Shown here piece by piece: positions 31,768 through 41,506 of a DNA stretch of 64,000 nucleotides (position 1 is its first letter; every line of letters starts with the position of its first letter). Origin of the DNA: Gloeobacterales cyanobacterium. Lineage in GTDB: Bacteria > Cyanobacteriota > Cyanobacteriia > Gloeobacterales > PMM-0068. The position numbers and the translations under genes are program-made. The notes under the pieces are model-generated. The model searched no databases and was not told the DNA's origin. It saw only the letters and a list, made by a program, of their open reading frames with translations. The stretch spans positions 32,001-96,000 of the forward strand of contig JBBRSB010000008.1 of NCBI GenBank assembly GCA_038245785.1, written 5' to 3'.

Positions 31768-34572
31768 ATGCAAAAGCCGATCCCCTTAGCCTCCTCAAAA
31801 GTTGACCCTGCCCACGATATTCTCCGCACCGAAGGTCAACCCCTAGATATCATCTTTGCCCCAAAGAGCGTGGCGGTGATTGGGGCATCAGAGCGCGTCG
31901 GTAGTGTTGGGCGCACGATTCTATGGAATTTAGTCAGCAATCCGTTTGGAGGAACCGTTTTCCCCGTTAATCCGAAACGGCACAGCGTTCTTGGCATCAA
32001 AGCTTATCCAACCATCGCCCACGTACCTGAACCTGTGGATTTAGCGGTCATAGCTACTCCTGCTGCCAGCGTACCCGCCATCATCCAGGAATGTGTGGAG
32101 GCAGGCGTCAAAGGAGCGATTATTCTCTCTGCGGGTTTTAGGGAATCGGGAGCAGTTGGAGCGACCTTAGAGCAGCAAATCTTGGAAGAAGCCCGTCGGG
32201 GCAAAATGCGCATTATTGGTCCTAACTGTTTGGGTGTCATGCTTCCACGCACAGGACTCAACGCCACCTTTGCCAGTGCCATGGCCCGTTCAGGCAACGT
32301 TGCGTTCATTAGCCAAAGTGGTGCCCTCTGCACCTCTATCCTGGATTGGAGTTTCCGAGAGAATGTGGGCTTTAGCGCTTTTATCTCGATTGGCTCGATG
32401 CTGGATGTCGGTTGGGGAGATTTGATTTCTTACCTGGGGGATGATCCACACACCCAGAGCATCGTTATCTATATGGAATCGGTCGGGGATGCGCGGTCCT
32501 TTCTGTCTGCCGCTCGGGAGGTCGCTTTGACCAAACCGATTATCGTAATCAAAGCGGGACGAACAGAAGCCGCTGCCAAGGCTTCAGCTTCGCACACGGG
32601 AGCCTTAACGGGCAGTGATGAAGTGCTTGATGCTGCCTTCCGTCGCTGTGGCGTCCTCCGCGTCACCAAAATCTCTGAACTGTTCAATATGGCGGAAGTC
32701 TTGGCGAAACAGTCCCGCCCTAAAGGGCCACGCCTCACGCTTATCACCAACGCCGGAGGACCAGGGGTATTGGCGACAGACTATTTAATCGCGACTGGAG
32801 GACAACTGGCCGAACTATCCAAAGAAACAGTCACCGCCTTGGACCAAGTACTACCTCCTTATTGGAGTCATGGCAATCCGATTGACATCCTGGGGGATGC
32901 AGGCCCAGAACGGTACACCCAAGCCCTGGAAATTGCGGCGCAGGACCCGAATACAGACGGATTGCTGGTGATTCTTACCCCTCAGGCGATGACCGATCCG
33001 ACTCAGACCGCAGAGCAGTTGAAATCCCAAGTAGAAAAGACTGCACAGGCCATGACTCACCCGAAACCAATCCTGGCTAGCTGGATGGGCGGCGCTGAAG
33101 TAATGGCAGGAGAATCTATCCTCAACCGTGCGGGTATCCCCACCTATCCCTATCCCGATTCTGCCGCTCGTGTCTTTAGCTATATGTGGCAGTACAGCTA
33201 TAACCTGCATGGCATTTACGAAACCCCAATGCTGGCGGACTGGGATGGAAAACCGGACCGGGATCTAGCAGAAAAGATTATCGCTCAGGCGCACCAGGCA
33301 GGTCGGACCCTCTTGACCGAAGTGGAATCGAAACAAGTTTTGACCGCCTATGGTATTCCTACTGTTAAGACTGAAACCGCGACCAGCGAAGAAGAGGCCC
33401 TTCAATGTGCTGAGGCCATCGGTTATCCCGTTGTCTTAAAACTTTTGTCTGAAACCATCACCCATAAAACAGATGTAGGCGGAGTGCAGTTGAATCTAGC
33501 GGACGCTCAGGCTGTGCGTCGGGCCTATCAAAGCATTGAATCTTCCGTCCGTGAAAAAGTGGGCGCCCAGCATTTCCAGGGAGTTACGGTTCAGCCGATG
33601 GTGCCGATAGACCGTGATGGCTATGAGCTGATTCTAGGTAGTACGGTGGACCCACAGTTTGGCCCGGTATTACTTTTTGGTCTTGGAGGACAACTGGTAG
33701 AAGTCTTCAAAGACCGTGCCTTAGCTCTTCCCCCTCTGAATACCACCCTGGCTCGACGGATGATGGAGCAGACCCGGATCTATACCGCTTTGCAAGGAGT
33801 ACGGGGGCGTGAACCTGTGGATCTGGCAGCTCTTGAGCAAATCCTTGTTCGCTTTAGTCAGTTGGTGGCAGAACAGCGTTGGATTAAAGAAATTGACATT
33901 AATCCGCTGCTTGCTCCTCCTATGCAGCAAGAGCGGTCTGGACTGATCGCTCTGGATGCTCGGATTGTGCTGCATGAACCGACCCTCTCAGAAAATAACC
34001 TCCCTAAGCTCTCTATTCGCCCCTATCCTGCGCAATACGTGGCTTCGTGGACGATGAAAGATGACACGGCAGTTACGATTCGTCCCATCCGTCCAGAAGA
34101 TGAGCCCTTGCTTGTGCAGTTCCACAAAAACTTATCCGAAGAGAGTGTCTATTTCCGCTACTTCCATCTGATTAAGCTAAGTCAGCGGGTCGCCCATGAA
34201 CGGCTCACCCGCATTTGTTTCATTGACTATGACCGTGAAATGGCACTGGTGGCTGAGCGCAAAGACCCGCATACAGGAGAGCCTGAAATTTTAGCCGTAG
34301 GTCGATTAAGCAAAATGCATGGCACCCATGAGGCAGAATTTGCCCTCTTAGTCAGTGACCAGTATCAAGGGCTTGGATTGGGGACCGAACTCTTGCAGAG
34401 GCTCTTAAAGGTGGGACGAAATGAACAGATTCAACGGATCAATGCCGCTATCCTTTTTGACAATCACGCCATGCAGCATATTTGTGAAAAGCTTGGTTTT
34501 CAGCTCCATCATTCAATTGCTGACTCACTGGTAACTGCTGAAATCGAGCTGGGAGAAAAGAGTACGGATTAG
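31768..34572 (+). CDS. Acetate-CoA ligase (ADP-forming family) / GNAT fusion
   Basis: GPNCLG, SQSGA, SHTGAL, ATP-grasp HKTDVGGV, C-terminal GNAT with QGLGLG. Confidence 0.92.
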   Translation: MQKPIPLASSKVDPAHDILRTEGQPLDIIFAPKSVAVIGASERVGSVGRTILWNLVSNPFGGTVFPVNPKRHSVLGIKAYPTIAHVPEPVDLAVIATPAASVPAIIQECVEAGVKGAIILSAGFRESGAVGATLEQQILEEARRGKMRIIGPNCLGVMLPRTGLNATFASAMARSGNVAFISQSGALCTSILDWSFRENVGFSAFISIGSMLDVGWGDLISYLGDDPHTQSIVIYMESVGDARSFLSAAREVALTKPIIVIKAGRTEAAAKASASHTGALTGSDEVLDAAFRRCGVLRVTKISELFNMAEVLAKQSRPKGPRLTLITNAGGPGVLATDYLIATGGQLAELSKETVTALDQVLPPYWSHGNPIDILGDAGPERYTQALEIAAQDPNTDGLLVILTPQAMTDPTQTAEQLKSQVEKTAQAMTHPKPILASWMGGAEVMAGESILNRAGIPTYPYPDSAARVFSYMWQYSYNLHGIYETPMLADWDGKPDRDLAEKIIAQAHQAGRTLLTEVESKQVLTAYGIPTVKTETATSEEEALQCAEAIGYPVVLKLLSETITHKTDVGGVQLNLADAQAVRRAYQSIESSVREKVGAQHFQGVTVQPMVPIDRDGYELILGSTVDPQFGPVLLFGLGGQLVEVFKDRALALPPLNTTLARRMMEQTRIYTALQGVRGREPVDLAALEQILVRFSQLVAEQRWIKEIDINPLLAPPMQQERSGLIALDARIVLHEPTLSENNLPKLSIRPYPAQYVASWTMKDDTAVTIRPIRPEDEPLLVQFHKNLSEESVYFRYFHLIKLSQRVAHERLTRICFIDYDREMALVAERKDPHTGEPEILAVGRLSKMHGTHEAEFALLVSDQYQGLGLGTELLQRLLKVGRNEQIQRINAAILFDNHAMQHICEKLGFQLHHSIADSLVTAEIELGEKSTD

Positions 34573-34604
34573 TTCACAAGTTCCTCAAAGTGTTTCTCTA
34601 TAAC
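34573..34604 (+). promoter_or_regulatory. Shared promoter motif, copy 4 (P-type ATPase)
   Basis: TTCACAAGTTCCTCA-N11-TATAAC. Confidence 0.7.
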
Positions 34605-34668
34605 TATTGCTATAGGACTTAAAAGCAAATCTGCTTACGAAGTCAAAAAGTCATGAGGAATCAGCCCA

Positions 34669-37329
34669 ATGATCGAGGACATCAGCAGTAAAACCACGGT
34701 CCCTGACCTCGATCTAAACACGGTCACGGGCTTAACGGAAAAAGAAGCCCTGATTCGGCTGAAACAAGAAGGTGGCAATGAACTTCCATCCTCTCAACTT
34801 CGTAGTTTCTGGGCCATTGCTTGGGACATTGTTCAAGATCCAATCTTCCTCTTGTTGGTCGGTGGTGGTGTCATTTATCTGGTCTTAGGGGATGTCCAAG
34901 AGGCCCTGATCTTGCTGGGGTTCGTCTTTTTTATCATGGGTATCGGCCTTTATCAGGAAAGCAAAACCGAACACGCCCTGGAAGCCCTACGAGATCTTTC
35001 GAGTCCGCGTGCTCTGGTAATTCGAGATGGGCAGCAGAAGCGGATTGCAGGACGAGAAGTAGTGCGCGGTGATTTTTTAGTGCTGGCAGAGGGCGATCGC
35101 GTTCCGGCAGATGCCAAGCTACTGTCCTGTACAAATCTCTCAACCGATGAATCGTTATTAACGGGTGAAGCCCTACCTGTGCGTAAGGTTGCAGCCGTAG
35201 GCAGTGCAGAAATCAGTCGTCCCGGTGGCGATGACTTGCCCTTTGTTTATTCTGGGACATTGGTGGTTCAAGGACAGGGGATAGCGGAAGTTCAGGCGAT
35301 CGGCGCGCAGACTGAAATGGGTAAGATTGGCAACGCCTTGCAAAAAGTGAAGCCGGTCGCAACCGCACTGCAACAGGAAATGAATCGCCTGGTGAGCAAT
35401 TTATTGGGCATCGCTTTAGCCTTGTGCGTTTTGGTAGTGGTAGTTTATGGCCTCACAAGAGGGGATTGGCTGAAAGGATTTCTTGCGGGCATTACGTTGG
35501 CCATGGCCATTTTGCCGAATGAATTTCCTGTGGTTGTCACCATCTTTTTAGCCTTGGGTGCCTGGCGCATTTCCCAAAAACACGTTCTCGCTCGTCGCGC
35601 TTCAGCCGTTGAGACCTTGGGTTCAGCCACCGTGCTCTGCGTTGATAAAACGGGGACCCTAACCCTCAATCAGATGTCTGTTCAACAACTCCGCGCCTCG
35701 GACAATTCAGACCATCAGGAAAACCCGCTCTACTCCTATGTTTTGCCCTCAAATATACAAGCGCATCCACAAGAGCCCTTGCCAGAAGCCGTACATCCGT
35801 TGGTCGAGTTCGGCATTCTGGCCAGCCAAAGAGACCCCTTTGATCCGATGGAAAAAGCGTTTAAAAAATTGGGAGATGACTATCTCGCAGAAACCGAACA
35901 CCTGCATAACGATTGGAAACTGCTGCGAGAATATCCCCTCTCGCCTCATTTGCTGGCGATGACGCGTGTTTGGCAGTCAGCGGATAGTAAGCATTATGAC
36001 ATCGCAGCCAAAGGAGCCCCGGAAGCGATCGCGGATCTCTGTCACTTCACCCCTCAGCAGAGACAAACGCTTGCAGCGCAGGTTAGCGAAATGGCAGACC
36101 AGGGATTGCGGATCTTGGGAGTTGCCAAAGCCTCTCTTCTCGGTGCGCCTCCCCCATTTCTACCGCCTCATTCCTCGCTTAGTCCCGATCGTTTACCCGA
36201 TACACAACATGACTTCCCCTTTCAGTTTCTAGGCTTGGTCGGACTCTCTGATCCCGTGCGTCCAAGCGTTGCAGCGGCTATTCAAGAATGCTACACAGCG
36301 GGCATTAGAGTCGTCATGATTACCGGTGATTACCCTGGCACTGCCCAGAACATTGCTCGACAGATTGGACTAATGGATGGGGAAGCGATCATGACCGGAG
36401 CGGAGTTAGACCAGATGAGCGACGCAGAACTCCAGCAGCGCATTCAAAGCATCAATATCTTTGCTCGGGTCGTGCCTGAACAAAAGCTACGCTTAGTCAA
36501 TGCCCTCAAAGCGAGGGGTGAAGTCGTCGCCATGACGGGGGATGGCGTCAATGATGCACCTGCCTTGAAATCCGCCCAAATCGGGATTGCCATGGGAGAA
36601 CGAGGCACGGACGTGGCCCGAGAGTCGGCAGCCTTAGTCTTACTAGATGATGATTTTTCATCTATCGTTGAATCCGTGAAACTCGGACGACGAATTTTTG
36701 ACAATCTCCGTAAAGCGATGGCCTATCTCCTGGCCATTCACCTTCCCATTGCTGGAATGTCTTTAATCCCAGTGCTATTTAAGCTGCCGCTGGTATTGCT
36801 TCCGGTTCACATTGCCTTTCTCCATCTGATTATTGATCCGGCCTGTTCCATAGTTTTAGAAGCCGAACCTGCCGAAGCGAATGTGATGAATCGCCCCCCG
36901 CGTGACCCGAAAGAACCCCTGTTTGGCAGGAAAACACTGGGTTTAGCCTTGTTGCAGGGGGCGGGAATCTTGGTGATTATTCTAGTAATCTTCGTCGTTG
37001 CCCTGTATCGCGGACAAGGTGAATTAGATGCCCGTGCGCTAACTTTTACAACTTTAATCCTGGCTAATTTGGGGTTGATTTTGAGTGAGCGCTCGTCATC
37101 CAGCACGAGTCTGAAAACATTGGAGTCTCCCAACTCTGCGCTCTGGTGGGTGATTAGTGGAGGATTGCTCTTCCTGATACTCGTGCTATATGTCCCGTTC
37201 CTGCGCCATCTGTTCAGTTTCTCTTTTCTACACCCGCTCGACCTGGCCATTTGTTTCGGGGGTGGAGCAATCAGTCTGCTCTGGTTTGAACTGCTAAAGG
37301 CTCTGAATAGGCAAGAGATCAAACTGTAG
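34669..37329 (+). CDS. Cation-transporting P-type ATPase (P2-like)
   Basis: TGE, DKTGTLT, KGAPE, TGDGVNDAPAL; TM4 reads PNEFP. Confidence 0.95.
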   Translation: MIEDISSKTTVPDLDLNTVTGLTEKEALIRLKQEGGNELPSSQLRSFWAIAWDIVQDPIFLLLVGGGVIYLVLGDVQEALILLGFVFFIMGIGLYQESKTEHALEALRDLSSPRALVIRDGQQKRIAGREVVRGDFLVLAEGDRVPADAKLLSCTNLSTDESLLTGEALPVRKVAAVGSAEISRPGGDDLPFVYSGTLVVQGQGIAEVQAIGAQTEMGKIGNALQKVKPVATALQQEMNRLVSNLLGIALALCVLVVVVYGLTRGDWLKGFLAGITLAMAILPNEFPVVVTIFLALGAWRISQKHVLARRASAVETLGSATVLCVDKTGTLTLNQMSVQQLRASDNSDHQENPLYSYVLPSNIQAHPQEPLPEAVHPLVEFGILASQRDPFDPMEKAFKKLGDDYLAETEHLHNDWKLLREYPLSPHLLAMTRVWQSADSKHYDIAAKGAPEAIADLCHFTPQQRQTLAAQVSEMADQGLRILGVAKASLLGAPPPFLPPHSSLSPDRLPDTQHDFPFQFLGLVGLSDPVRPSVAAAIQECYTAGIRVVMITGDYPGTAQNIARQIGLMDGEAIMTGAELDQMSDAELQQRIQSINIFARVVPEQKLRLVNALKARGEVVAMTGDGVNDAPALKSAQIGIAMGERGTDVARESAALVLLDDDFSSIVESVKLGRRIFDNLRKAMAYLLAIHLPIAGMSLIPVLFKLPLVLLPVHIAFLHLIIDPACSIVLEAEPAEANVMNRPPRDPKEPLFGRKTLGLALLQGAGILVIILVIFVVALYRGQGELDARALTFTTLILANLGLILSERSSSSTSLKTLESPNSALWWVISGGLLFLILVLYVPFLRHLFSFSFLHPLDLAICFGGGAISLLWFELLKALNRQEIKL

Positions 37330-37456
37330 ATCCCAAGATCCCAGTTACTCCTCCCGGTATAAGACGGTATCGCTGTGAGGAATTACAGTACAGGTAGTGG
37401 CCCTCTAAGCCAGTAACTACAGAGCGACATAGAGACTTTTGAGAAGAGGCAAGTTT

Positions 37457-37906
37457 ATGAGTGACGAAGCTAATAGAAAAAAGGCCGAAGCGCGAGAAAT
37501 CCCTGAAGAACCCGAATCCGAGGCTCCTCCAGAAAAAATATTGGAAGACGAAGAATTAATGGAACTGATTTCTGAGGCGGAGCCTCCTAACGATCCTATG
37601 TGGGAAGGTCTAAGCGACCGTGATACAGGGATGGCAAGAACCCTTGAAGATTTGGCGGGGTCTGATTCATCGGCCACAGGAGGGGATATTGACACGGACC
37701 AATATTTGGCTGAAGTTAGTGGAGAAGAAGCGGTTGGCGGAACAACGTCTACTCCAGAACAGAACATAGTTGATGATTTAGCAAGATCGGCAGGTGTTGA
37801 GATAGACGATAAAAGAACATTGCATATAAGTGAAATGGTAGAAAAGCGCGATGATCAGCGATGGGAACTAGATGCTGAATCTGCTGAAGATTACCCGGAG
37901 CACTAG
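37457..37906 (+). CDS. Acidic hypothetical protein (DUF6335-like)
   Basis: TGGDID...GEEAVGGT.STPEQN.VD...R..RWELD.ES. Confidence 0.7.
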   Translation: MSDEANRKKAEAREIPEEPESEAPPEKILEDEELMELISEAEPPNDPMWEGLSDRDTGMARTLEDLAGSDSSATGGDIDTDQYLAEVSGEEAVGGTTSTPEQNIVDDLARSAGVEIDDKRTLHISEMVEKRDDQRWELDAESAEDYPEH

Positions 37907-37915
37907 GAGGATTTT

Positions 37916-39079
37916 ATGCGTTCCCAATCCTTTATCATTTCTTCATTGAGCCTTAGTTTTTCACTTGGAATTTCAATCGTCCCTGTGCCCCGCATGGGCT
38001 TAGAACACGTTCAAAAAGTTCAGGCGCAAGCTGCGACCACCCTTTATGTAGATACGACAAAGGGGAATAGTGGTGGCCTAGGCAATGCCCAAGCTCCTTT
38101 TAAAACGATTACAGCCGCGCTCCAAGCTACTGTTCCCGGCACGGTGATTCAAGTGCAACCAGGAAAATATGATGAAGTCAACGGTGAGATATTCCCGTTG
38201 GTCGTTGGTTCTGGCGTCACGCTCCAAGGCGATATGAATAGCCGGGGTAAAAACACCTTGATTGAGGGTGGTGGTAAGTTCCTGAGCCCTACCGTTGCTG
38301 GACAAATTGTTGGCATCGTCGCCCAAAAGGGGGCGACTATTCAAGGATTGACCATTTCTAACCCTCAAAAAAGAGGGTACGGTATTTGGGTTGAAGGGAC
38401 TGATCCCACTATTAATCGCAATACCTTTGTCTGCTCAGGAAATGACGGCATTATGCTGACGGGTACGGCCGCAGGCAAAATCACCGACAATTTCTTCTAC
38501 AAGAATCTCTCGAATGGCATCACCATGCTGCGTATGGCTAGTCCTCTCATTCAAGACAATGTTTTTGAAGACACCGGATTTGCGTTAAATATCGACGAAA
38601 AGAGTAGTCCTGTTGTCAAAGATAATCTGGTGGTCAACAATACTGATGGGATTGTGATCCTTGGCAAATCAACGCCTACGCTTCGGAGCAATCGCATTGA
38701 GCGCAACCGTCGCAGCGGGATTGCCATTGTCGGCGAAGCACAGCCTAACCTGGGCACGGCTACAGAACGGGGTGGGAACTACTTCTATCAAAATCTCAAG
38801 TCAGACATTAATAATGCCACCCGTTCTCAAATCTCTATAGTGGCAATGGGCAATGAGCACACCGCCAAACGGAAGTTCCTAGGCAATATTCAGAGTGATA
38901 ATACCCCTTTGGTAGCGGCTAAGAGTGCCCCTAACCTTGCTTCCGCTTCTGTACAGAAAGTCCAAATACAGAAGGATGTTAGGCCGTCTAAGCGATCGCC
39001 CAAATTATCAAAAATTGTTGATTCCTCAAAAATTGTTAATTCCTCTTGGTGTAAGGCTTTCAGAGCCATCAAATTTTGA
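37916..39079 (+). CDS. Secreted parallel beta-helix protein (DUF1565-like)
   Basis: Signal peptide; APFKTITAAL, GEIFPL, repeated P.I..N.F..N..GI. Confidence 0.8.
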   Translation: MRSQSFIISSLSLSFSLGISIVPVPRMGLEHVQKVQAQAATTLYVDTTKGNSGGLGNAQAPFKTITAALQATVPGTVIQVQPGKYDEVNGEIFPLVVGSGVTLQGDMNSRGKNTLIEGGGKFLSPTVAGQIVGIVAQKGATIQGLTISNPQKRGYGIWVEGTDPTINRNTFVCSGNDGIMLTGTAAGKITDNFFYKNLSNGITMLRMASPLIQDNVFEDTGFALNIDEKSSPVVKDNLVVNNTDGIVILGKSTPTLRSNRIERNRRSGIAIVGEAQPNLGTATERGGNYFYQNLKSDINNATRSQISIVAMGNEHTAKRKFLGNIQSDNTPLVAAKSAPNLASASVQKVQIQKDVRPSKRSPKLSKIVDSSKIVNSSWCKAFRAIKF

Positions 39080-39186
39080 ATTTGGAATTGCTGGCCTCTA
39101 TATTGGTTCCAAGCGCCGCTCCCAGTTTTCTGTAGCTAGCAAGTACCAGAGAACACATCGAGTTTTACAACTCAGTATGCGAGGTC

Positions 39187-39417
39187 CTACTTTTCCAAAC
39201 GGTAATACTGATGGCGACCCAGAACGGCTACACCGAAATCAGGTACCCATGAAACCCATTGTCCGTCTGCTTCTTTGCATAGGAGCAGGGCCTCATCACT
39301 ACTGAAGTCAGATAGAGGCTCACGCAACTTAACCCAGAGGTTTTCCTGAGGGGTAAACTCAGCGAACTCAGCAGTTGAAGTCGCTAGTGGCAATATAGGT
39401 GAAGTAGAAAAATCCAT
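39187..39417 (-). CDS. Small hypothetical protein
   Basis: WVKL....S.FS.DEALLLC....WVSWVPDFG resembles a conserved cyanobacterial small protein. Confidence 0.65.
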   Translation of the reverse strand: MDFSTSPILPLATSTAEFAEFTPQENLWVKLREPLSDFSSDEALLLCKEADGQWVSWVPDFGVAVLGRHQYYRLEK

Positions 39418-39467
39418 AAATTCATTGATGATTCTGTAGTTTATGCTACAAAACTATCAATGAATTT
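39418..39467. promoter_or_regulatory. Long inverted repeat with a central GTA-N8-TAC (NtcA-like) box
   Basis: AAATTCATTGAT...TGTAGTTTATGCTACA...ATCAATGAATTT. Confidence 0.55.
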
Positions 39468-39624
39468 CAAGCATTTGTCTTAGAACTTAATTCTGGTCTT
39501 CTTCGAGCAGCGGAATAGCCACGAAATGAGCAAACCGAAGATTTGCCGCCCTCAAGAGGCTTGAGCCGAACGTGCTGGCTAATCGGCAGTATGTTCGGCA
39601 GCGAAGCCAGCCGCTGCGATCAAT

Positions 39625-39833
39625 AAGCAGGTGATAGCGGCTGAGGTGATGGTAATCCCTTTTTCACGCTCCAGCTCCACGTAATCCATGGTGGCACCAT
39701 CTTCGTCATCCCCCACTGCACCCATTTTATGGATTTTGCCGGTATAGAACAGAATCCGCTCAGAAAGAGTAGTTTTTTCAGCATCAATGTGCGCAGAAAT
39801 TCCGATGTTGCGAATATTGTTGCGACGACTCAT
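39625..39833 (-). pseudogene. 5' fragment of an elongation factor G paralogue
   Basis: [26 protein letters not shown]...[17 protein letters not shown]-loop Gly replaced by Glu; truncated after ~70 aa. Confidence 0.85.
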
Positions 39834-39961
39834 TCCACACGCTCCTAGACAGCTAGAGAGCCATGATACACGAGACAATTTTAAGCTTTATTCGAGATTA
39901 GATAAAAAACTTAAAGAGCGTTCTAGTATCAAAGTATTCAAGCACTCTAGAGGCTATCTAT

Positions 39962-40438
39962 ATGAACCAATATATCGTTGCTGTAGTGGATAGCGCAAAA
40001 GCACGCCTTTTAACCTTACAATCTGCCACATCATCTGAGTCTGGACCTCATTTGATTGAACATGAAGGTCTAGTCAGTCCGGCAGGTGAACTTAAAGGGC
40101 AAGAGCTTTGGTCAAGTAGCAAGACTGGACGCAATCGAGGTTCTTCCGGTCAAGCCCACAGCTATGATGATCACCGGGAAAATCATATCGTTGAATTTGA
40201 GCGACACTTTGGTCATTCAATTACGACTCGAATTATTGATTTAATTCAGACTCATCAGGCTCAACAACTCTTCCTCAATTAGTGAGACAAAATCCTCGGA
40301 CTGATGCGGGAATCTCTCATGCCTTTATTACCCAAAGATATCAAGATTAATGAATTAGCCAAGAATCTTTGCCAACTCAAACCTCATGAACTCTATGAGT
40401 ATCTTGTGAACAAAGAGTTGCTTCCTGCTAGAGTTTAG
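39962..40438 (+). pseudogene. Host-attachment (AtsE/baeRF-like) protein, interrupted
   Basis: VAVVDSAKARL...GRNR...H.YDDHR..H..EFER.F; TAG TGA at 40280-40285, frame resumes ILGLMR...ELAKNL..L. Confidence 0.75.
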
Positions 40439-40439
40439 A

Positions 40440-41306
40440 CTAATAAGCCGATCTTATGTAGCCCGTTTCCTTGTCGATGAGGATTCTGTCAACGAGGTCG
40501 TTCTTCTGCGTCAATATCTCGGCTTCAAAGGCCCCTGCCGCGTCTTTTATTTTTCCCAGCTTCAGGTTGGGGTTCTTCGTAGAATTCAAATAGTCTTTGA
40601 TCAGGGCCTCGGCTCCCTTTGCATCAATAGATTTGCCCGTTGACGGGGATTGCCGTCTATAGCTGCGGCCCATGCCGTAATTGTATCCACCCATCATGCC
40701 AGGCCCCATGCCGGAACCGTATCCACCCATCATGCCCGATCCCCTGCTGTATCCATAGCCAGTACCCATGCTCAAGGCATGCTGAAACATTGCCAGATGC
40801 CAGCGGCTTTGAAGAAGGATGGTATTCAACACCTGAGCCGTATCGCGATCGGCTGCCTTTTTTACAAGCTCCTCATAACGGGGTAATAAATCGCTTTCCA
40901 CTTTTGTGCCGAGTTCGTAGGCCTCTCTCAAGGTCTTATTCTGCACGACTGGTTCTGCCTTCCCATCGGCAGGCAGCCCATAGGCTTCAAACAGTTGCCC
41001 GATCCACGCAATGTGATTCTCCTCCTGAGGGATGACCATCACGTAAGGCATATGGGCGTTGAATTTTTCCTGATCGGCCTGATATTGGGCCAAAGATTGT
41101 TTTTCAAGCGTCAAAATCTCCTTCAGTTTTTGTATCCATTCTGCGTTTTTGGGTGCGGGCAATTTAGCCGGAACATTGACCTGACCTCCCATCATTCCCG
41201 GTCCCATGCCGTAGCCGCCTCTGCCGGGTTGACTCTGCGCCGTAGGGGTTCCAAGACCAAAGGCCACAGCCAGTGCCAATGGAATAATGAAAATGCTCTT
41301 GTTCAT
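40440..41306 (-). CDS. Exported ferritin-like protein with Gly/Met-rich linkers and a PepSY-like C-terminus
   Basis: Signal peptide; E..H motif (QEENH), GMGPGMMGG repeats, FEAEI...ILIDKETG. Confidence 0.65.
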   Translation of the reverse strand: MNKSIFIIPLALAVAFGLGTPTAQSQPGRGGYGMGPGMMGGQVNVPAKLPAPKNAEWIQKLKEILTLEKQSLAQYQADQEKFNAHMPYVMVIPQEENHIAWIGQLFEAYGLPADGKAEPVVQNKTLREAYELGTKVESDLLPRYEELVKKAADRDTAQVLNTILLQSRWHLAMFQHALSMGTGYGYSRGSGMMGGYGSGMGPGMMGGYNYGMGRSYRRQSPSTGKSIDAKGAEALIKDYLNSTKNPNLKLGKIKDAAGAFEAEILTQKNDLVDRILIDKETGYIRSAY

Positions 41307-41506
41307 AGATTTTTCCTTTAGGATGTGTAAAAGTAGCGGAGGCAAATTTTGCCGCCATGCACAGTGTGAAACCCTTGCTGGGGAAAAGCTATAAAAGTGA
41401 CTTTTCACCATGGCATTACAGCTAGAGCATTCCTGAAAGGTATGTGTGAATCACGGAGGATTTGCTCCAGAGATTGAGAAAAGGGTGCCTGCTAACGCCC
41501 TTGGTT

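Noticed and set aside
39505..39620. GC-rich stretch truncating the EF-G fragment, with GCCGAAC...GTTCGGC, as a group II intron end or attC site
   Set aside because: No domain V consensus and only a 7-bp inverted repeat.
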